IMG/VR virus record: IMGVR_UViG_3300030433_001734
Coordinates: 1-57,166 of that record
Reading direction: 5' to 3' (one strand)
DNA: 57,166 bases
From: a virus
Lineage: Duplodnaviria; Caudoviricetes
How positions within the stretch are numbered: the stretch's first letter is position 1; each line of letters starts with the position of its first letter. The notes beneath the pieces are model-generated. The model ran no database searches. It had not been told where the DNA came from and worked only from the letters and a program-made list of their open reading frames with translations. Of the stretch, positions 10,295-18,344 are shown one piece after another. The position numbers and the translations under genes were made by a program.

Positions 10295-12165
10295 TTATCA
10301 CTTATATTAGTGTCTGCTTTAAGTAAACCAGATGGTAATATAACACGAGCAGCTTGCTCCATAAGAACTTTCATCTGCTCTTTCCATTCATCGATATAAC
10401 TAGTATGACATACAGTATCTATTTGATCGTGTACAGTCATAACAACTTTAACAGGAACTTTATGTTCTTTTATATACTCATGTATATAAACTAAAGCCTG
10501 TTTTGTCATATCAGCGCCTGTGCCTTGTATAGGTGTATTCTTAGAAGCTCGTTCTATAGTACCTAACAATTTCCATCCATCTTTACTTTGCGATAGTCCT
10601 GGTTTCCAATTATCAAACCATCTGATCCGTTTAAAAGGAGCAAATGTTTTTATGTGACCATGTGACGTTCCATACGTTCCCAAAGATACTAAAAATTTGT
10701 GAATTGATGGAAAAATAGTAAAGTATTTTGATATTAATTCCTCTGCTTCTTCTTGACTGATCTTCAAGGTGTTAGCTAATTTATGAGGGCCCATTCCATA
10801 AGCCAAACCAAAGTTAACTGTCTTAACATTAGTTCTTAATTTACCATGCTTTGGACAATTACATTTCTGTTTATGTGACATGTATGCACAGCCTTGTTCA
10901 GCTGCATCTACCCATTCTTGTCCATAAACTAAGTCTGCGCAAATGGAATGTAAATCTTCGCCATTACGTAATGCTTGTAACCACACAGGGTCTTGCGATC
11001 CTTCAGCAATAATACATAGTTCTTGCGAACTATAATCTGAAGACACAAACTGATAGTCTACAAGCCCTGATACAAAACAATTTCTAAATTCATTTGTACC
11101 AGGTATTTGTTGCATGTTAGGTTTCTTACTTGCAACACGTCCTGTATTAAGTATCTGACTAAAAGAGGTATGTATTCTATTATCATAGCCTACATTTTTA
11201 AGAAAGTCTAGCCCATATGATGTAGCTAGTTTCATAGATTCTTTATACTTAATATAGTCTCTAATTAACGGTATCTTTTTGTGGTTACTTAACTCAAAAG
11301 CACCTACAGCTTCTAATCCAGGTACAAGTACTTTAAATACTTTAAGTACCTGACTAGGGCTATCCCAGTTAACAGAGACTTTTCGAATAGTATCTACAGA
11401 AGCAAATAAATCTGTCTGTAAATACTTTTCTTTAAATTGATGTAGTTCTGGTATATGTAGTACATAGCTATCAAGCTTGTTACCAAGCTCTTTTGCTCTT
11501 TCAGCAGATTTAGCGGCAAGGGTTGACCACATAGTTGTGTCCAATCCTATGCCGTTAAATTCTACATCAGCTAATGCTAATGCGGTTTTGTTTTCTAGTT
11601 CTACGGCAGCTTCCAGTTCATTTGCTGGTATGCCATTAGCCTGTTGAAACTCACGCAATGTTATTAAATGTTCTACATCTTTTGCACCATATATTATTTG
11701 ATCATAAGTAAACTCTCTATCTTTCATATTGATAAAAGTTGTTCTTACATCTTTATCTACATCGATACCTAAGTATCTTTCTGTTAAATCTACAAGTCTA
11801 AATCTTAAATTCTTACCATTATGTATAACTTGATCAACTATCATTGTGTCCCAAATATTATTTAATTCAATATTATAAGCACTTCTGATAAATTTATAAT
11901 CAAACTTAACATTATGTAATACTTTAACAATAGTTTCTGACTCTAAAATATCACGTAATGGTTCAATAGAAACTTGACGAGTATCAATTATAAATTGATT
12001 TGCATCGTCACCTATTTGAAACATTATCATTTTATCTTTTAGAAAATCTAATCCAGTAGTCTCAGTATCTACAGCAAGTACAGATTTATCTTCACAGTAT
12101 TTAACAACTTCTTCAATTGTCGCAGTTAACGACTCAGTATTAGTATGTCCTACAAAATAAATCAT
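10282..12165 (-). CDS. polA: DNA polymerase family A with 3'-5' exonuclease
   Basis: Exo I DTETTGL, HNVKFD; motif A DYSSQEL; motif B KTVNFGLAYG; NTPIQG; motif C VHDQI. Confidence 0.95.
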   Translation of the reverse strand: MIYFVGHTNTESLTATIEEVVKYCEDKSVLAVDTETTGLDFLKDKMIMFQIGDDANQFIIDTRQVSIEPLRDILESETIVKVLHNVKFDYKFIRSAYNIELNNIWDTMIVDQVIHNGKNLRFRLVDLTERYLGIDVDKDVRTTFINMKDREFTYDQIIYGAKDVEHLITLREFQQANGIPANELEAAVELENKTALALADVEFNGIGLDTTMWSTLAAKSAERAKELGNKLDSYVLHIPELHQFKEKYLQTDLFASVDTIRKVSVNWDSPSQVLKVFKVLVPGLEAVGAFELSNHKKIPLIRDYIKYKESMKLATSYGLDFLKNVGYDNRIHTSFSQILNTGRVASKKPNMQQIPGTNEFRNCFVSGLVDYQFVSSDYSSQELCIIAEGSQDPVWLQALRNGEDLHSICADLVYGQEWVDAAEQGCAYMSHKQKCNCPKHGKLRTNVKTVNFGLAYGMGPHKLANTLKISQEEAEELISKYFTIFPSIHKFLVSLGTYGTSHGHIKTFAPFKRIRWFDNWKPGLSQSKDGWKLLGTIERASKNTPIQGTGADMTKQALVYIHEYIKEHKVPVKVVMTVHDQIDTVCHTSYIDEWKEQMKVLMEQAARVILPSGLLKADTNISDKWEK

Positions 12166-12674
12166 GCTTCTAATAAATCCATAAAACGTCCTTCAGCAGT
12201 AGCTCCTTCTGCCATAGCTTCAGTAGCTTGTTTATCAGGGACATACATTCCATTTAATTTATGAAACATCATAAATTCTTTATTTATAGATCCTTTATCT
12301 TTACTAAAAGTGTGAACAACAAGTGCATCTTTACGTCTCTTCTCTATTTTTTCTTTTAATTCTATAGATATACTTTTATTCTTTATTTGTTGTTGTTCAT
12401 CTTCTGTAAGCTCGTTTTGCTCTATCATTACTTTATTAACTTCTGATACAAAAGACACATGTTGTGCTTTAGCTGTTTTTGTAATATATCTTATTACTTC
12501 GTCTGTTATATCTCTAAGATTATCTAATTCTAATAAATCTTGAGGTATAGGCAAAATAATATTTCGATTTTCTTCAGTAGTTATATATAGTCTAGGATTT
12601 AATCCTTTGTTATCCTCTAGAAATTTAAAAACATGTTTTAAAGTTCGTAGTTTATGCTCATTCCACGTTAACAT
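12162..12674 (-). CDS. Hypothetical protein
   Basis: 170 aa ORF with ATGA coupling to polA. Confidence 0.6.
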   Translation of the reverse strand: MLTWNEHKLRTLKHVFKFLEDNKGLNPRLYITTEENRNIILPIPQDLLELDNLRDITDEVIRYITKTAKAQHVSFVSEVNKVMIEQNELTEDEQQQIKNKSISIELKEKIEKRRKDALVVHTFSKDKGSINKEFMMFHKLNGMYVPDKQATEAMAEGATAEGRFMDLLEA

Positions 12675-12951
12675 CTCGTAAATCTAGTGCAATTTGTAAT
12701 AAGACAATATATCCAGCTAAATCAGATAAAGTGTCTTCGGTAGCATCACTGATACCATTATTTTTAATTCTCATTAGTTTGTCATCCATGCGTGCGCATA
12801 AAGATGCAACTGCGTCTCCTTTAGAAAAAATACCTAATGGAAATAGAGCGCTGCTCCCATAAGCTTTGTTCTTTTCTAGTAATAGTTTCTCTAAATCTTG
12901 ACATTTAAGAGATATTAAATCTCTTACATTATTATTTATTTCTTTACTCAT
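12658..12951 (-). CDS. Nucleotide-modification-associated (DUF1599/Nmad1-like) all-alpha protein
   Basis: KNKAYG...RMDDKL.R...EDTLSDLAGY pattern. Confidence 0.65.
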   Translation of the reverse strand: MSKEINNNVRDLISLKCQDLEKLLLEKNKAYGSSALFPLGIFSKGDAVASLCARMDDKLMRIKNNGISDATEDTLSDLAGYIVLLQIALDLRDVNVE

Positions 12952-13193
12952 ACTCTTTCGGTATTATCAGCTCTGTAACATTCAGCAGAACAATATCTAG
13001 TATCGTCTTCTAATTCTTCGCCACAAAAGCCACATTTACAAATATCTATTTCTAAGAGTTCTTCTAGTTGTTCTTCAAACTCTTCTCTAATTTTATCTTC
13101 ATCAAGATATACACCACCACTGTCGTAATCATACTCGACAGTGATAGTGATTCCTTTGTCCAGTCTTTGCTGGTCTTCTTTACTAATTGCCAT
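12948..13193 (-). CDS. Small zinc-finger protein
   Basis: CGFCG...YCSAEC. Confidence 0.6.
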   Translation of the reverse strand: MAISKEDQQRLDKGITITVEYDYDSGGVYLDEDKIREEFEEQLEELLEIDICKCGFCGEELEDDTRYCSAECYRADNTERV

Positions 13194-13320
13194 TTGTTCT
13201 CTTTTTTACATGTTTATCTATTTGACTAGCTGTGTACAACCCAAGTACAAAGCCAATAGCCATAAGACAAAGCATAAAGAATGCTGCAATTACTATTTCA
13301 TCTAGTTCTACATATGTCAT
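13183..13320 (-). CDS. Small single-TM membrane protein (45 aa, not in ORF track)
   Basis: MTYVELDEIVIAAFFMLCLMAIGFVLGLYTASQIDKHVKKRTNGN; ATGA overlap with upstream ORF. Confidence 0.65.
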   Translation of the reverse strand: MTYVELDEIVIAAFFMLCLMAIGFVLGLYTASQIDKHVKKRTNGN

Positions 13321-13469
13321 ATCGATTGCCATAATGCTAACAGAATTATTACAAGAACAATCCCACTAAATCCTATCATAACTAACATGTATGATAATTG
13401 TTTATCTGAATTGTATTTTCTTAATTCTTCTGCTATTTTTTTATAATCATCTTTAGCTTTCTTTGCCAT
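13317..13469 (-). CDS. Small single-TM membrane protein (50 aa, not in ORF track)
   Basis: MAKKAKDDYKKIAEELRKYNSDKQLSYMLVMIGFSGIVLVIILLALWQSI. Confidence 0.65.
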   Translation of the reverse strand: MAKKAKDDYKKIAEELRKYNSDKQLSYMLVMIGFSGIVLVIILLALWQSI

Positions 13470-13617
13470 GATTCATAGATAAATAGTTAATAAATTGATT
13501 CTTTAGTTTTGCATGTTGTGCAAACAAAACTAGTACAGCTATAAATGAAAACATTATACCTGATGCAGCCAATAACATAAATGGCCATGTGTCTGGATGT
13601 GTGATGATAGTGTGCAT
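13453..13617 (-). CDS. Small single-TM membrane protein (54 aa, not in ORF track)
   Basis: MHTIITHPDTWPFMLLAASGIMFSFIAVLVLFAQHAKLKNQ...; AT-rich leader before the ATG. Confidence 0.55.
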   Translation of the reverse strand: MHTIITHPDTWPFMLLAASGIMFSFIAVLVLFAQHAKLKNQFINYLSMNHGKES

Positions 13618-13641
13618 AATAAAATAATTTAATTGGTTTAT

Positions 13642-13767
13642 AAAAAAAGATCACCTACGACTTGCACGCCAAGGTCCACTTCGCCACATATTGCGGTTTA
13701 GTTTTTACACCGTTGCTCACGAGGAAACTGTGCACAGTTATTGTCGGGGCAGAATAGACAGTGATCT
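13642..13767 (-). ncRNA. Candidate ~120-nt structured RNA ending in a U-run
   Basis: Closing stem AGATCAC/GTGATCT followed by a U-run; nested CGAC/GTCG and GTGCA/TGCAC pairs; GC-richer than flanks, no ORF. Confidence 0.35.
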
Positions 13768-13770
13768 ATT

Positions 13771-13817
13771 AAGTAAAGAGAGAAGCCCATGTACATGTTT
13801 CCGTTAAACTTCTCTCT
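13771..13817 (-). terminator. Stem-loop downstream of the 13824 gene
   Basis: 9-bp stem AGAGAGAAG/CTTCTCTCT, 23-nt loop, short U-rich tail. Confidence 0.4.
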
Positions 13818-13823
13818 ATTTAG

Positions 13824-14324
13824 TTAAAATATTGCAAAACCACCTGAATGGTCTGCAAATGTAGCAAATTCTAGTGCATTTTCTACACTAAATGGATAAT
13901 TACTTCTCCAGTCATTTTCATCTAAATCATGTCTTTCTAAATTATAAGATGTACAATATAGATCAAGGTTACCTGATCTTTCTGCTTCTCTTATTCTTTT
14001 AGCTATCTTTTTAGATTTAAGTTTAGATATAAAATGACCATCATTAAATGTACCTGAAGTAATATCTTTTTCTGTTAATATATCACTACATAAATCAGTG
14101 ACATACATCCATAAAGGGCGCCACCACCATACATTATTTCTAAAATAAGTACCAGGTGACAGTGCTTCTATTGTCTGCTCATAAGCCCATACTTTTTCGT
14201 GCTTATCTGCAGTATCCATGTCTGGATCAGATTGAACTAGTTTAATCTGTTTGTGAATACTATTTATTTTCTTCACATTTTCTCTAGGCACAATGGGTGC
14301 CTTACCATATAAGTCAAAGCCCAT
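13824..14324 (-). CDS. Hypothetical phage protein (start corrected to MGFDLYG)
   Basis: FRNNVWWWRPLW and YPF...F..SGGF motifs; the track start at 14387 lies inside the tmRNA. Confidence 0.7.
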   Translation of the reverse strand: MGFDLYGKAPIVPRENVKKINSIHKQIKLVQSDPDMDTADKHEKVWAYEQTIEALSPGTYFRNNVWWWRPLWMYVTDLCSDILTEKDITSGTFNDGHFISKLKSKKIAKRIREAERSGNLDLYCTSYNLERHDLDENDWRSNYPFSVENALEFATFADHSGGFAIF

Positions 14325-14356
14325 ATTAATTAGTTTAAAGTTAATACTAGATGTAG

Positions 14357-14764
14357 TGGAGATGGGGGGAATCGAACCCCCGTCCATCCATGTTTGTTAA
14401 AGTACAGATGTACAAGCTTTTAAGTAATTGGTTTTAATTTCTACACCATCGCGTGGTGTCCCGCATATATTACTTACACATTTGGGCCGCGAAGATATTC
14501 CTAGAAGGTACCACTTCCTCGGAGACTGGTAGCTATTAACAGGCCAGTCTATTGTATTAAGTGACAACTCAATATCATAAAACACTTTTTGAAATAACTA
14601 CCTAGGCAGCTAAAGCAAGTTCTACACTTTGTAGTGGTAGAGCACTAGAGTGAGACTCAGCTCCTATCGGAGTGAGCTTCACCACAGAATAACTATTTTC
14701 GCCAGTTAAAAAGCATCGTGCTTGCCGTACAATCGTCTGCATAGTGTCAAAACCAGTCATCCCC
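14357..14764 (-). ncRNA. ssrA: tmRNA (transfer-messenger RNA), 408 nt, CCA not encoded
   Basis: 5' GGGGATGACTGGTTTTGAC; 3' GGACGGGGGTTCGATTCCCCCCATCTCCA; acceptor stem GGGGATG/CATCTCC with G3.U70 and discriminator A; tag frame 14703-14602 GENSY...ALAA-TAG. Confidence 0.93.
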
Positions 14765-15103
14765 TTTCTGTCCTTCTAAATAAGACATATTATCATCAAA
14801 TCCATTTATATAATCTTGGATAGTATTGTAAATATGCTCTGCAGTCTTTTGACCACATCCATCTAGTTCCTTAAAGCTTGGAACTGTCATAAATATTAAA
14901 TGATTATAGTCTAGTATACTATAATTATCTAATACTTTCTTACCTCTACTGTTTAATCTATCATAGATTACAGATCTATGAAACTCTTTAGCTGCAGCTA
15001 ACTGTTCTTCAGCTTGTTTCTTTTTACATTCACGATATTCTAAATAGTTAGGCCCTTTAACGCCTGTGATAAATCTCCAAAGATTTTTAAATAGTTTGAT
15101 CAT
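14747..15103 (-). CDS. Protein with RNA polymerase alpha C-terminal domain-like (HhH) fold
   Basis: LNSRGKKVLDNYSILDYNHLIFMTVPSFKELDGCGQKTAEHI follows the alphaCTD pattern LSxR...L....I.....L...T...L......GxKS...I. Confidence 0.6.
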   Translation of the reverse strand: MIKLFKNLWRFITGVKGPNYLEYRECKKKQAEEQLAAAKEFHRSVIYDRLNSRGKKVLDNYSILDYNHLIFMTVPSFKELDGCGQKTAEHIYNTIQDYINGFDDNMSYLEGQKGDDWF

Positions 15104-15498
15104 AATTTCAGTTTTAGTTTGTTAATAATTGAGTCCATAATAGCTAGAAATGTTCTATTGTCAAGACATTCTAGCTTAATGTCATGTACAATTGGTTCTA
15201 CTTTCTCTTCTTGTTTAGTTGCTTTCCCATCTGAGATATTTTTAAGCATCTCAAGCATCTTTTCAGGAGAGTCAGCGTCCATAATGTCGTCAATCTGTTG
15301 TTTTGCAGATTGTTCGGTGTCGTTTTCACGCTCTACATAAACATGTAGTTTACAATATACTTTAGCATCAGGATGATCTAGTGCATCCTGAGCTGCTTTT
15401 GTTAATTGTTTAACATAGCCATCTAGTGCAATCTTATCATCAAGAGCATTAAGTTGTCGTAATAAATCCTCATGTTTCTTATTTAAATCTACTTTCAT
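15100..15498 (-). CDS. Hypothetical protein
   Basis: 132 aa ORF with ATGA coupling to the next gene. Confidence 0.65.
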   Translation of the reverse strand: MKVDLNKKHEDLLRQLNALDDKIALDGYVKQLTKAAQDALDHPDAKVYCKLHVYVERENDTEQSAKQQIDDIMDADSPEKMLEMLKNISDGKATKQEEKVEPIVHDIKLECLDNRTFLAIMDSIINKLKLKL

Positions 15499-15553
15499 AA
15501 ATTATTGTTTTATAAGATTATTACTAAATAATAAGTTTAGAAATGATATAATA

Positions 15554-15946
15554 CTAAAATTCATCTTCTTTAGTATCATTAATTATCTTTTCTAACTGTT
15601 CTTTGGACACTATGTCCTCAGGTTTAATTGATTCTTTGCGCATTCCAATTGCAAGATCAGCAACCTGTCTTCTCATACCTTCCATTTGATCAATGTGTTT
15701 TGCTTCTGCGGTTCCCATACCAGCAACAAACACAAAACATATTAATTCTTCTAATGTGTTGTATGTATTTTGTTGTAATACTGCCTCTAATATTTCAGAT
15801 AGTCTAGCTTTGTGGATAGGCTGTATACTATTCATTACTTTACCAAAATGTTCTATTTGATCATCAGTAACTTGAAATAAAGATTGTATCGTTTTGTCAT
15901 CATGACGAAGAGAAATCTGTTTAACTAGTTTGTCTAAATTTTCCAT
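15554..15946 (-). CDS. Hypothetical protein
   Basis: 130 aa ORF. Confidence 0.65.
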   Translation of the reverse strand: MENLDKLVKQISLRHDDKTIQSLFQVTDDQIEHFGKVMNSIQPIHKARLSEILEAVLQQNTYNTLEELICFVFVAGMGTAEAKHIDQMEGMRRQVADLAIGMRKESIKPEDIVSKEQLEKIINDTKEDEF

Positions 15947-15965
15947 ACGATTACAAAGTGTTAAT

Positions 15966-16034
15966 AAAAAAAAGAGATACCAAATATAACAACTAAATCC
16001 CTGAAAATCAAGAAAATAGTTGTTAAAATGGTAT
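15966..16034 (-). terminator. Long stem-loop plus U-tract, overlapping a minus-strand TATATTTG promoter motif
   Basis: ATACCA/TGGTAT and TAACAACTA/TAGTTGTTA stems, then CTCTTTTTTTT; TATATTTG at 15988-15981. Confidence 0.45.
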
Positions 16035-16278
16035 AATTATTAAAAACAAAAACCGAAGTACAGCGTCTAATTTTGACAAGTATCTGTTCAATCTAGTATG
16101 CAGTTTCATCTGTTGTAATCAGAATCATGGCAGTGCAGAATAGTCCTTTGGCCCTTTGGGTAATGACGAGTCTTGAGTAATTGTTTTCCAGTATTTAGTT
16201 TCATTTGCGTAATGGGGTTGCAAATTACTTACATTCTACGCCACGTGAAGGCAACTGTTTATTGTAGAACATATAATC

Positions 16279-16395
16279 CTAGCAAATAAATACTAGAATT
16301 ATTAAAATACAGATGACTAATCTGTAAAATAGGATTTCACGCTTGCATTTTGCAAGATCCCATTTAAGTCGTTTAATAAGTTTGACCTTATTCAT
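16279..16395 (-). CDS. Small basic single-TM protein (38 aa, not in ORF track)
   Basis: MNKVKLIKRLKWDLAKCKREILFYRLVICILIILVFIC, starts just after the GOLLD-like RNA. Confidence 0.55.
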   Translation of the reverse strand: MNKVKLIKRLKWDLAKCKREILFYRLVICILIILVFIC

Positions 16396-16403
16396 AATTA
16401 TAT

Positions 16404-17097
16404 ATAATGGGCTGAGATTACACCATTATGCACACATCTTTCGTTGTTTAGTTCCTATGTAGAGGTTTACAACTTATCCACTATACTCTCATATAGTAAT
16501 GTGCAGTGACGGTTAGTTAGACTAACCACTTCTAATGTTATTACCTACTCACGAGCTACTCAAACGAGAAATAAAGCCGCTAAACTCTAAATCAGTCTTT
16601 CATTCGCAAACAGAATCACCTTGAGGGATCATCCACTCTCCTTCTAGAGGAGATTTAGTCACCTTTCAGTAATAACAGGCCAACACTTGTTCTTCTTTGA
16701 TTATTAATTGTTTTGCACAGTACTGTCCAGGATGTGGTTGGTCCACAAATGCTTCGTCACCTTTTGAGTGACAAAATACATTACATCCCAGGTATAACTT
16801 TCCATCGTTATAGTATTTCATGATAATCTTATTCCCTAAGACTCTCATTTATACTGATATATACGCCTCACTAGCTTGGATACTAGATTGACACTATATC
16901 TACAGTTTTTCTTATTGATGTCACCATCTCACATCCCAATAATCTTAGGATGCACACATACACTCAGACGATCGTCCTCTGTTGCCGTGTGATATACTGC
17001 TTGCTTAGATTGACCATAATTAAATGGCAACAAATGGTGTTTGTGCTCTTGCACCACTGTCTTTAGTCACATTACTGTGATTATCGGGCTAAGCCCC
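16404..17097 (-). ncRNA. GOLLD-like giant ornate ncRNA (~700 nt; 5' end approximate)
   Basis: Hairpin-dense stretch with no credible ORF. Motifs UUUUGUCACUCAAAAGGUGACGAA, GUGGUUAG..CUAACCG, GUGGAUAA and terminal-loop UAAUCUCAG occur in the order I recall for the GOLLD 3' domain; not verified by search. Confidence 0.75.
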
Positions 17098-17134
17098 AAT
17101 ATTTTATAATAATTATTTAATAATTATTTGTTAC

Positions 17135-17169
17135 AAAAAAGAAAAAGAAGGAGCACACGAATGTGCCCC
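17135..17169 (-). terminator. Intrinsic terminator
   Basis: GGGGCACA-TTCG-TGTGCTCC followed by TTCTTTTTCTTTTTT. Confidence 0.85.
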
Positions 17170-17181
17170 AACTTATATCAT

Positions 17182-17712
17182 TTAGTTACCGAATACATCA
17201 TCTGATGTAGATTCAGTAGCTGGCTGAGTATCAGTCTCTTCGAAGTCAGATACTTCGTCAAAAGCAGCTTCACCAGCAATAACACCGTCAGATGTCATTA
17301 GTTGGTGACCTTGAGCTTTAAAGACAGATGTTATAGTCTCGCCCTTCAATACTACTGAAGTATAAGACATAACTTCACGACCGTCAACTGTATAAGGAAC
17401 AACAGATTTAGTCACGATGTCGCCAGGTATATTCTTACCGACAAATTGTTGGATTAAAGCAGGGTTACCAGCTTTCCAAACAGGATTGTCTTCAGAGTCA
17501 GTTGTTTGAGCAATGACTCTAGTTCTTTCTGCGCCAAAAGGGTTAGAAGGGTCTCTAAAAACAGCGATGTAGTATTTTCTACCGTCTGAAGTTAGATTTA
17601 GTTTACCGTTGATGCCGTCTTTATCATCAACTAATTGTGCATCAGCTTTTGCTGATAATCTTGTAGCTACTAATTGTAACTGAGCATTTGGATCGATTGT
17701 GTTCATGTCCAT
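17182..17712 (-). CDS. Hypothetical protein, beta-rich with acidic tail (possible ssDNA/RNA-binding)
   Basis: 176 aa ORF with its own terminator; tail ends STSDDVFGN. Confidence 0.7.
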   Translation of the reverse strand: MDMNTIDPNAQLQLVATRLSAKADAQLVDDKDGINGKLNLTSDGRKYYIAVFRDPSNPFGAERTRVIAQTTDSEDNPVWKAGNPALIQQFVGKNIPGDIVTKSVVPYTVDGREVMSYTSVVLKGETITSVFKAQGHQLMTSDGVIAGEAAFDEVSDFEETDTQPATESTSDDVFGN

Positions 17713-17863
17713 GGTTAAAAATATTTAATTGGTTTATACTTGTATTATACTCTAAAAAGAGAGACAGTTTGCGTTCAAGTGCGACTCCGTTAGGCATCCA
17801 CAATGTCTAGGAACAAATTGGCTTTTATTAAATGGTGTGCTCCATTCCTTTTGATATGGTAAA

Positions 17864-17974
17864 TCATAAATGTCCATGTTTTTTCATGTGGTCATATTTA
17901 GTATGATAATATTCTGGGTCTTTCATGACTCTCCAGAATCCAAATAGATTACACATTTTAATAAGTTTTATCAT
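17864..17974 (-). CDS. Small protein (36 aa, not in ORF track)
   Basis: MIKLIKMCNLFGFWRVMKDPEYYHTKYDHMKKHGHL; ATGA coupling. Confidence 0.45.
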   Translation of the reverse strand: MIKLIKMCNLFGFWRVMKDPEYYHTKYDHMKKHGHL

Positions 17975-18081
17975 ATTCTGATGTATTCGTACTTATTAGT
18001 CTTACAACATAGTCCACGAAGACGGTAATCAATACCGTTGTAGGTGTATGTTGGTCCGAGATACTGTGATGAACTAATCAT
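17971..18081 (-). CDS. Small protein (36 aa, not in ORF track)
   Basis: MISSSQYLGPTYTYNGIDYRLRGLCCKTNKYEYIRI; ATGA coupling at both ends. Confidence 0.5.
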   Translation of the reverse strand: MISSSQYLGPTYTYNGIDYRLRGLCCKTNKYEYIRI

Positions 18082-18230
18082 TTTTTATAGCCTATCTCAA
18101 TACTTACAAAAGGAAAAAGTATAATGAGGCGTTTTGTGTTAGAGAAGTGATCGATACCTAGACCTAAGCCAATGAAAGGCACAAGGTCTATGTTTAGAAT
18201 AAACTTCCCATTGAGTTTAACTAAATTCAT
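18078..18230 (-). CDS. Small hydrophobic protein (50 aa, not in ORF track)
   Basis: MNLVKLNGKFILNIDLVPFIGLGLGIDHFSNTKRLIILFPFVSIEIGYKK. Confidence 0.55.
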   Translation of the reverse strand: MNLVKLNGKFILNIDLVPFIGLGLGIDHFSNTKRLIILFPFVSIEIGYKK

Positions 18231-18344
18231 AAGCGAAATAATTAAGGGTTAAACAATGAGGTAATCACATCAGATATTATTTTGGTTATGATCTAAATCA
18301 ATAGTCAATAGCAATATAATTCTATCTGTTCGTGATAGTTTGTG

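Noticed and set aside
14354-14390. tRNA gene or attP remnant suggested by GGTTCGATTCC
   Set aside because: Its acceptor partner lies about 400 nt upstream with a tag frame between, so it is a full tmRNA; no integrase is in the window
14397-14585. 62-aa ORF, and the 21-aa N-terminal extension of 13824..14387
   Set aside because: Both lie inside the tmRNA
16666-16848. 60-aa ORF
   Set aside because: Falls within the hairpin-dense GOLLD-like RNA and has no protein-like features
17765-17790. GTTCAAGT T-loop-like motif
   Set aside because: No cloverleaf or acceptor stem can be built around it
18158-18190. Hairpin TAGACCT/AGGTCTA as an ncRNA
   Set aside because: Lies within the coupled ORF 18078..18230
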